This document shows, piece by piece, positions 1 to 6,628 of a DNA stretch of 6,959 nt; the stretch's first letter is position 1; each line of letters opens with the position of its first letter. Under the pieces are notes generated by a model. It made no database searches. It was not told the DNA's origin and saw only the letters and a program-made list of their open reading frames with translations. Position numbers and translations under genes: made by a program. The DNA comes from Octopus sinensis (taxonomy: Eukaryota), in assembly GCF_006345805.1 (NCBI RefSeq), contig NW_021829241.1, positions 1-6,959 of the forward strand, read 5' to 3'.

Positions 1-32
1 TATATATATATAAATATATATATATATAATAC

Positions 33-76
<44 letters not shown>
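1..76. repeat. (TA)n microsatellite, interrupted
   Basis: TA dinucleotide run with a few interruptions, read directly. Confidence 0.95.
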
Positions 77-77
<1 letters not shown>

Positions 78-552
78 GACATACATATATGTATCTAAAT
101 ATAATACATGCATACATACCAATAGCCAACAGTACGACAGATAACGTCGCACTCATAAGAAGAAGTAGTAGTGGAATATCCCAGTGACAACTGTTGTGGA
201 AATCAGATGACCATCGGGTGTTAACATGAACCTTAAGATCAGCGAAAAACAAAATACCTACACTGAACACTTAAGGAACCTAGTCATACATACGTATATA
301 ATACATATATATATATATATATATTACACACACGTACATACATGTATATGATCTAAGTTTACGTACAATATATCAAAGAATGAGACAGGCAAAAACCAGG
401 TATCGGCTCAAATTACTACAAAGGACTACAAAATACAACAATGGACTGAAAGACCAATTTGGGTTGCGTTTCGGTGGATTTGAAACTAAACTAGATCTCT
501 TATCCATGTACAAGGATGTAGCGATTGTTACAGAGGTTAGCGAAAGGACAGG

Positions 553-590
553 GATAGACAGATAGATAGTTAGTTAGTTAGTTAGTTAGT

Positions 591-680
<90 letters not shown>
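553..680. repeat. Compound tetranucleotide microsatellite (GATA)/(GTTA)n/(GATA)n
   Basis: GTTA run at about 569-592, then an uninterrupted GATA run at 593-680. Confidence 0.97.
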
Positions 681-862
681 TATGGGTAGATACACACACA
701 CACACAAAAAAAAAGACGTGAACCCACGCACAAGCATAAGTATATATTGACGAATACAACTGCCTTCTTGTGATATTGCTAGGGTAACATAAATATACGT
801 ATCTATATACTCTCCCTCTCTCTCTCAAATTATACATATGTATATATACATATATATATATA

Positions 863-920
863 TATCAGTAATAATAAAAGGTGAAATTAATTAATTAGGG
901 ATAATTATCAATTACACCAA
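863..920 (-). repeat. 58-bp inverted copy of an internal segment of the 580-bp unit
   Basis: TATCAGTAATAATAAAAGGTG...ATCAATTACACCAA is the reverse complement of 1734-1791 (1 mismatch) and of 1157-1212 (two 1-nt gaps). Confidence 0.95.
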
Positions 921-1402
921 CTTAAATTGCATGATGGATTGCCGTCATTTCATTCTTTCTTTCTTACCTGTCTGTGTTTGCCTTTCAAGTGCTGTGTTTT
1001 TACTGAGATCCCCCTTTTAGTAGAAGGAATAGCTATATCTCATTGACTGCTATTTCTAAATTCGGTGTGTTGGTGAGGCAATCCGTTGCTAAACCCTTAA
1101 TTACTTAGTATTACTTAAATTTTCCTCGAATGGGGCTTTTACATGCCGAAATCTACTGGTGTATTGATAATTATCCCTAATTAATTAATTTCACCTTTTA
1201 TTATTACTGATAACCATATTTTATCCCAGTAAATGACCACAGCATTTTGTTCTTGGCTACACGCGGGTGGAAGGGGGCTGGTGACAAACTTTCATTCAAA
1301 CTTGAATTTCGTGGTACTGGTCATGCTTTAGCTCGCTCTGAGTTGAGATGATGCATTCTAGTATCTCAAAATTTAATATACAATTATTCATAATTGTAGT
1401 AT

Positions 1403-1494
1403 CCTGCGCCGATGAGAGAAGAAGTATGGGTAAAGTAGAATTTTCTAATTCTTATGCTATCCTAAAACTTGATCTCGAAACGTACGTCCGTAGG
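1403..1494 (+). ncRNA. Type I hammerhead ribozyme, copy 1 (variant core CCGAUGA, extended helix II)
   Basis: Helix I CCUGCG(1403-1408)/CGUAGG(1489-1494); core CCGAUGA (1409-1415); helix II closed by GAGA(1416-1419)/UCUC(1473-1476); GAAA (1477-1480); palindromic helix III ACGUACGU; GUC cleavage triplet ending at 1488. Confidence 0.8.
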
Positions 1495-1984
1495 TAACTT
1501 AAATTGCATGATGGATTGCCGTCATTTCATTCTTTCTTTCTTACCTGTCTGTGTTTGCCTTTCAAGTGCTGTGTTTTTACTGAGATCCCCCTTTTAGTAG
1601 AAGGAATAGCTATATCTCTTTGACTGCTATTTCTAAATTCGGTGTGTTGGTGAGGCAATCCGTTGCTAAACCCTTAATTACTTAGTATTACTTAAATTTT
1701 CCTCGAATGGGGCTTTTACATGCCGAAATCTACTTGGTGTAATTGATAATTATCCCTAATTAATTAATTTCACCTTTTACTATTACTGATAACCATATTT
1801 TATCCCAGTAAATGACCACAGCATTTTGTTCTTGGCTACACGCGGGTGGAAGGGGGCTGGTGACACAAACTTTCATTCAAACTTTGAATTTCGTGGTACT
1901 GGTCATGCTTTAGCTCGCTCTGAGTTGAGATGATGCATTCTAGTATCTCAAAATTTAATATACAATTATTCATAATTGTAGTAT

Positions 1985-2075
1985 CCTGCGCCGATGAGAG
2001 AAGAAGTATGGGTAAGTAGAATTTTCTAATTCTTATGCTATCCTAAAACTTGATCTCGAAACGTACGTCCGTAGG
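1985..2075 (+). ncRNA. Type I hammerhead ribozyme, copy 2
   Basis: Same fold as copy 1: CCUGCG (1985-1990), CCGAUGA (1991-1997), GAGA/UCUC, GAAA (2058-2061), GUC ending at 2069, CGUAGG (2070-2075). Confidence 0.8.
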
Positions 2076-2266
2076 TAACTCAAATTGCATGATGGATTGC
2101 CGTCATTTCATTCTTTCTTTCTTACCTGTCTGTGTTTGCCTTTCAAGTGCTGTGTTTTTACTGAGATCCCCCTTTTAGTAGAAGGAATAGCTATATCTCT
2201 TTGACTGCTATTTCTAAATTCGGTGTGTTGGTGAGGCAATCCGTTGCTAAACCCTTAATTACTTAG

Positions 2267-2362
2267 TATATATATATATAAGTATATATATATTATATAT
2301 ATATATATATATAACGTATGTATATATGTATGTCTATATGAATGTATGTATATATATATATA

Positions 2363-2418
<56 letters not shown>
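2267..2418. repeat. (TA)n / (TATG)n microsatellite
   Basis: Directly visible; abuts the 3' end of the tandem element. Confidence 0.95.
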
Positions 2419-2422
<4 letters not shown>

Positions 2423-2529
2423 ACGGCAAACACTAACTTTTTTCCGTCGAGGGCATATATTTATATGGACTATTTATAACTGACAAAACACGGTGAGATT
2501 TCATAAACTTTAAAGTTATGAAATTTAAA

Positions 2530-2530
2530 A

Positions 2531-2562
<32 letters not shown>

Positions 2563-2579
2563 CATATATATACATATAC

Positions 2580-2638
<59 letters not shown>
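2530..2638. repeat. (TA)n / (TATACA)n microsatellite
   Basis: Directly visible; abuts the outer end of the inverted PLE arm. Confidence 0.95.
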
Positions 2639-3250
2639 AGAAAATAGTAAAGTGTGAAAAAACGACAGAAGGCTTAAATGTTAAAAAATATATATATTTG
2701 TGTCAAAATGTCTGGAGAATATTGGAAAAATGTTTTTCCTTTCCTTAAAATGACATAATTTTAAAATTTTTTAAAGAAATTACCGGTTTCGCGTGTAGCT
2801 TTTCAAATTTCTTGTGACGTTATGTTTATATTGCATGGAGTTATCGTTGTGTTTATTATCAGGAGATTTCTAAATAAGGGGAGGTAGTGAGTGATTTCTT
2901 CCGGTGTAAGGGAGATAATCGCTTAAATTTTTTTTTTCCTTTTCCCTTGTTAATTTCTCTGTGTCAGTATGTTCGGATGGTTTTTCCCTTTCCCTTGTTA
3001 ATTTCTCTGTGTCAGTATGTTCGGATGGTTGAGTCTGGGTTTATACTTTTCAATGAAGAATGTTTCCTTGTTCAGTCTCATTTGTGTTGATGATCCGAAA
3101 GCACATTGGTAAAATGGGAAGATTAAAAATTGTGGCAGTAGTTGCTTTGCGCATTTCTCAATGTGCTCACTAAAAGGTATCATTCTATATTCTGGGAATG
3201 CAATCTGTTGTCGATGCAGTGTGCATCTACGCCTGAGTGATAGTCCCGTG
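2632..3250 (-). repeat. Inverted pseudo-LTR: reverse-complement copy of the PLE 3' end (endonuclease C-terminal half + 3' UTR)
   Basis: Matches 4322-4925 apart from a 15-nt indel (2799-2813) and at least two substitutions. The ORF track entry 2998..3183(-) is identical to the last 61 aa of the main ORF. Confidence 0.97.
2774..2813 (-). ncRNA. Minimal type I hammerhead ribozyme in the inverted pLTR (U3-A8 core variant)
   Basis: Minus strand reads AAGAAAU-UUGAAAA-GC-UACAC-GC-GAAA-CCGG-UA-AUUUCUU: perfect 7-bp helix I, UUGAAAA core, 2-bp helix II, GAAA, palindromic ACCGGU helix III, GUA cleavage between 2781 and 2780. Confidence 0.75.
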
Positions 3251-3323
3251 AAGAAATACCAAAAAGGATCAGTAAGAATTCATTACTAAATCAATTGAAT
3301 TCATCCTACACAATAACCACTTC
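3250..3323 (+). pseudogene. Upstream continuation of the PLE RT frame to the inversion junction, with an apparent 1-nt frameshift near 3275
   Basis: In-frame EFITKSIEFILHNNHF precedes the ATG back to 3276. Shifting one base gives EEIPKRISK back to 3250, which resembles PLE RT sequence upstream of the QxxG motif. Confidence 0.6.
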
Positions 3324-4574
3324 ATGTTTGACAATACATTTTACCGTCAAAAATCCGGAATTGCTATGGGTACAAGGGCAGCACCAGTCATTGCGAACTT
3401 AACAATGGGATACATGGAAATAATCATTTACCAGGAATCTCTATCAATCTTTGGAAACTCCCTCTCTCAATACATAAAAGAGAATTGGAAACGATTCCTA
3501 GACGATTGTTTCATTCTCTGGAATGAAAACATAGATAAACTCCTAAAATTTAAAAACCTATTGAACAGCATAAACCCAAATATACAGTTCACAATGGAAT
3601 ACAACCAAAAGGAGCTCCCGTTCTTGGATATACTAATTAAAAAAATTAACCTTAAAATAGAAACAGACATTTTTTACAAAGCCACAGACGCCAAACAATA
3701 CCTTCTTTTTAATTCATGCCACCCAAGACACACTAAAACAAACATCCCCTTCAACCTTGCAAGAAGGATATGCACAATAGTGTCAGAACAAAATACCAGG
3801 AACTTTAGACTGCAAGAACTCAAAAACACCCTAATTGACAGACATTACCCAGCTCAACTCATAGAGGATGGGATCAGACGTGCAACAGAAATCAACATAG
3901 AAACTTTAAGAAAAGTTCAACACAACAGCACACCTTCCCCGAAAATACTACCTTACATATCTACATACAACCCTAGAAACAAAGAAGCCTTCACCATCAT
4001 CACCCAGAATTTACCAATACTTCATAAAAACCCAAAATTAAAGGAAATTCTAAACATATACCAAATCATTAAAAGCTACAAACAGCCTAAATCACTTAAA
4101 AAGATTCTCACAAAGGCAAAATTGTCTTCTAAAATTACGGATGCAAAAGTAAAAAAATGTGGTAGATCGAACTGTGCAACATGTCCTAACCTATTGGAAG
4201 GATCAGAATTCTTCTTTAAAGAGGGACAGAAATTCAAGATCAAATCTAACTTTACTTGTGCCTCTGAAAACATAATTTATGTCATTAAATGCTCGGGCTG
4301 CCACCAAGACTACGTGGGTTCCACGGGACTATCACTCAGGCGTAGATGCACACTGCATCGACAACAGATTGCATTCCCAGAATATAGAATGATACCTTTT
4401 AGTGAGCACATTGAGAAATGCGCAAAGCAACTACTGCCACAATTTTTAATCTTCCCATTTTACCAATGTGCTTTCGGATCATCAACACAAATGAGACTGA
4501 ACAAGGAAACATTCTTCATTGAAAAGTACAAACCCAGACTCAACCATCCGAACATACTGACACAGAGAAATTAA
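3324..4574 (+). CDS. PLE reverse transcriptase (C-terminal part) + Cys-rich linker + GIY-YIG endonuclease; 5'-truncated, the ATG is an internal Met
   Basis: RT motif QKSGIAMGTRAAPVIANL; catalytic WKRFLDD (FLDD at 3495-3506); LPFLDI; thumb IFYKATD..QYL..NSCHPRH; CGRSNCATC linker (4158-4184); NIIYVIKCSGCHQDYVGST..LRRRCTLH..RLNKETFFI..PRLN GIY-YIG signature. The upstream RT motif with the first catalytic Asp is absent. Confidence 0.93.
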   Translation: MFDNTFYRQKSGIAMGTRAAPVIANLTMGYMEIIIYQESLSIFGNSLSQYIKENWKRFLDDCFILWNENIDKLLKFKNLLNSINPNIQFTMEYNQKELPFLDILIKKINLKIETDIFYKATDAKQYLLFNSCHPRHTKTNIPFNLARRICTIVSEQNTRNFRLQELKNTLIDRHYPAQLIEDGIRRATEINIETLRKVQHNSTPSPKILPYISTYNPRNKEAFTIITQNLPILHKNPKLKEILNIYQIIKSYKQPKSLKKILTKAKLSSKITDAKVKKCGRSNCATCPNLLEGSEFFFKEGQKFKIKSNFTCASENIIYVIKCSGCHQDYVGSTGLSLRRRCTLHRQQIAFPEYRMIPFSEHIEKCAKQLLPQFLIFPFYQCAFGSSTQMRLNKETFFIEKYKPRLNHPNILTQRN

Positions 4575-4637
4575 CAAGGGAAAGGGAAAAACCATCCGAA
4601 CATACTGACACAGAGAAATTAACAAGGGAAAAGGAAA
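4542..4637 (+). repeat. 48-bp tandem duplication spanning the PLE stop codon
   Basis: AACCATCCGAACATACTGACACAGAGAAATTAACAAGGGAAA(G/A)GGAAA at 4542 and 4590; mirrored at 2935-3030. Confidence 0.95.
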
Positions 4638-5269
4638 AAAAAATTTTAAGCGATTATCTCCCTTACACCGGAAGAAATCACTCACTACCTCCCCTTATTT
4701 AGAAATCTCCTGATAATAAACACAACGATAACTCCATGCAATATAAACATAACGTCACCTACACGCGAAACCGGTAATTTCTTTAAAAAATTTTAAAATT
4801 ATGTCATTTTAAGGAAAGGAAAAACATTTTTCCAATATTCTCCAGACATTTTGACACAAATATATATATTTTTTAACATTTAAGCCTTCTGTCGTTTTTT
4901 CACACTTTACTATTTTCTTATATATTCACCCACGTGCTTTACCAAACAAACTTTCTTATCTATATATATATACATATGCATACACATAAAATGATTGCTC
5001 CATCTTAGCAGATGGTTGCCGTTACCTTTTGCTTACTGTTTGTGAATGGCATTTCTGTGTTTCCATTCATGACCTCTCAGTTGAAATTTAGTCTTTCTGC
5101 TGATCTGCCTTCTTTGAAGCGTAGGTGAGCGACGAAAGTTGTTGTAGTCTACCGTGCGCGTTCATTCTTCCATCACCGTAGGAACTTTAGCAGATTAAAT
5201 GCCGAATGTAGTCAGCTTAAAGAGATAACTGTGCATCATTTAATTACAGTGAGAGGCCCCTGTAGAATA

Positions 5270-5307
5270 TCAGTACCTCTCTGAGTCTCAGTACCACTCT
5301 GAGTCTC
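5270..5307. repeat. 18-bp tandem duplication
   Basis: TCAGTACCTCTCTGAGTC followed by TCAGTACCACTCTGAGTC, 1 mismatch. Confidence 0.85.
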
Positions 5308-5661
5308 TGTGACTAGAACCTAGTGGCAGACCTAACAGAGAGGACTTTTAATCAGGTCAAACAGCAGGTTTTCCATCAGTAGGCACCTCTGATGCAACCA
5401 AGGGAACCGTCTTTTTAGTGGGTTTACTGCATGCTGTGACATCAACCAAGGTTATTTCTGCTTTTCCGCGCTCCGATACATTGTCATCACTTATATTAGT
5501 TAACTTATAGTTGGACCTTGACATTTGCTAACACTCCGTATCAGAGTAGCACGGGGGACGATAGTGGCTACGAGGTGATTCCAGATTCCACAAACCCTGG
5601 AACTCCCGAACAAAATACCCCACTACTGGATGCAGTTTGAGTTATACCCAGCACATAGATC

Positions 5662-5701
5662 TATATATATGGTCATACATACATACATATATTTATACAT
5701 G

Positions 5702-5738
<37 letters not shown>

Positions 5739-5840
5739 TGTGTGTGTGTGTGTGTGTGTGTGTGCATATAATATATATATGTATGTATGTATATATATAT
5801 ATATTTATGCAGGTATGTATGTTTGTATGTATGTATGCAT
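5662..5840. repeat. Compound (TA)n/(TG)n/(TATG)n microsatellite
   Basis: Directly visible. Confidence 0.93.
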
Positions 5841-6179
5841 GAAAAGAAGCATATAAGGCGTGGTGTCAAAAGAGATGAGGTGAGAGGTGAAATTGATTGA
5901 GAAAAGCAATTACAAATGTTTACGACTCATAAAGATTTGATTCGTAAATTTCATTGGCTGACAGAAGTTAGATCCTGGTTGCTGTGAAATAAACTTCAAT
6001 GCATTACATTAATTTCTTAATTTTTATTAAAGGTAGCGAACGCAAGCCATCAGAGTAAATATATTTTTTAAATGACCAACCGAATATTGAGTTTTTTCGC
6101 AGGTAAGTCTAATTTTTTCTCACTCCGTTCTTTTCATATGTCACAATTTTGATGTAGCAATGAAAATAGATGCCTTGCA

Positions 6180-6272
6180 TTACGATTGATTGTTTAATAT
6201 CTCCTCAGCCCCGAAATTTCAGTTTTGTACCTTTAGTACAAAGGATTATAATTATCATTATTATTATTATTA
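6180..6272 (+). mobile_element. Degenerate SINE 3' fragment A with (ATT)n tail
   Basis: Ends CCCCGAAATTTCAGTTTTGTACCTTTAGTACAAAGGATTA+(ATT)n, alignable by eye to fragments B and C. Confidence 0.55.
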
Positions 6273-6274
6273 CT

Positions 6275-6414
6275 TTCAACGATGTCAACTTTGTCTTTCC
6301 CCCTTTCCGCTCCGTTAAATTAAGTAATAGTTGGGTACCGGGGTCAATGTCATCGACTAGTCCCCTCCCCTCAAATTTCAAACCTTGTGCTTATAATAGA
6401 AAGGATTATTATTA
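6275..6414 (+). mobile_element. SINE 3' fragment B (resembles an abundant Octopus SINE)
   Basis: GTCAACTTTGTCTTTC..AAATTAAGTA..GTACCGGGGTCAATGTCATCGAC..CCCCTCAAATTTCAAACCTTGTGC..TAGAAAGGATTATTATTA; colinear with fragment C. Family call is from recollection and unverified. Confidence 0.65.
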
Positions 6415-6416
6415 CT

Positions 6417-6557
6417 AATTCCGCCGAGATTGCTTCACCTTTCATAATTTTGGAGTCGATGAAATAAGTATCAACTATGTACAGGGGCCGATGTAACTGA
6501 CGAGACCCTAACCCGCAATTTCAGCCCTTGTGCCTGTAGTAGAAAGTGTTATTATTA
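6417..6557 (+). mobile_element. SINE 3' fragment C
   Basis: AATTCCGCCGAG..CCTTTCAT..GGAGTCGATGAAATAAGTA..GTACAGGGGCCGATGTAACTGAC..AATTTCAGCCCTTGTGCCTGTAGTAGAAAG+TTATTATTA; diverged homolog of B. Confidence 0.65.
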
Positions 6558-6559
6558 CG

Positions 6560-6628
6560 ATTGAGTGAGAGAGCAGTGCATGCCAACAAAGTGACACGGT
6601 TGACATATACGAAGCCCAATATACCCAG
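6560..6628 (-). mobile_element. Probable short 3'-terminal fragment of another LINE
   Basis: 69-bp segment between two ATT tracts, ending on the minus strand in GCATGCACTGCTCTCTCACTCAAT; resembles a LINE 3' end I recall from Octopus DNA, unverified. Confidence 0.35.

Larger units (their letters stand above)
863..2269 (+). mobile_element. Non-autonomous hammerhead-containing tandem element (retrozyme-like / PLE pLTR-type array)
   Basis: Near-identical direct units at 921-1497 (577 bp), 1498-2078 (581 bp) and 2079-2269 (partial), preceded by an inverted internal fragment at 863-920. (TA)n flanks both sides, each full unit has one hammerhead fold, and the ORF track shows nothing here. Confidence 0.75.
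921..2269 (+). repeat. Tandem repeat, period 577-581 bp, about 2.3 copies
   Basis: CTTAAATTGCATGATGGATTGCC starts at 921, 1498 and 2079 (CTCAAATTGC in the third). Units differ by a few 1-2 nt indels and substitutions. Confidence 0.97.
2632..4960 (+). mobile_element. Penelope-like retroelement (Neptune-like), 5'-truncated, with inverted pseudo-LTR
   Basis: RT + GIY-YIG ORF at 3324-4574; 2632-3250 is the reverse complement of 4322-4925; a 35-nt extension (4926-4960) is present only on the forward copy; (TA)n on both sides. Confidence 0.92.

Noticed and set aside
380-565. 61-aa ORF, plus hammerhead-like words (CTGAAAGA on +, CGAAACGC on -)
   Set aside because: No recognisable protein motif, and I could not assemble helices I-III around either word
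586-837. 83-aa minus-strand ORF with YLSI repeats
   Set aside because: Translation of the (GATA)n and (CA)n microsatellites
1256-1265. 10-mer GCTACACGCG shared by the tandem unit and the PLE hammerhead helix II (2790-2799, minus strand)
   Set aside because: No flanking similarity; a single 10-mer match between sequences of this size can arise by chance
1492-1500. Splice-donor-like AG/GTAACT just after the ribozyme, and AG/GTAAG on the minus strand near 963-969
   Set aside because: PLEs can carry introns, but short motifs alone cannot define one without transcript data
921-2269. CRISPR array or prokaryotic retron-type system
   Set aside because: No repeat-spacer structure; the RT is PLE-type and fused to GIY-YIG, in a eukaryotic microsatellite-rich context
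2518-2748. 76-aa ORF rich in IY
   Set aside because: Translation of (TA)n plus antisense PLE UTR
2887-3090. 67-aa ORF and its mirror at 4482..4685(-), with an internal 16-aa repeat
   Set aside because: Antisense reading of the PLE 3' end; the repeat is the 48-bp duplication and there is no independent coding evidence
3467-4273. Two short minus-strand ORFs (3467..3670 and 4076..4273)
   Set aside because: Antisense shadows of the RT/endonuclease ORF
4701-4783. Alternative hammerhead in the forward arm using AGAAAT..CTGATAA with GAAACCGGTA-ATTTCT
   Set aside because: Three extra bases separate helix I from the core, C3 and A8 cannot pair, and there is no convincing helix II
4990-5660. Higher-complexity 670-bp segment, possibly an exon or an old transposon
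   Set aside because: No ORF-track entry apart from the start of a microsatellite ORF at 5630, and no motif or complete ribozyme fold that I could support
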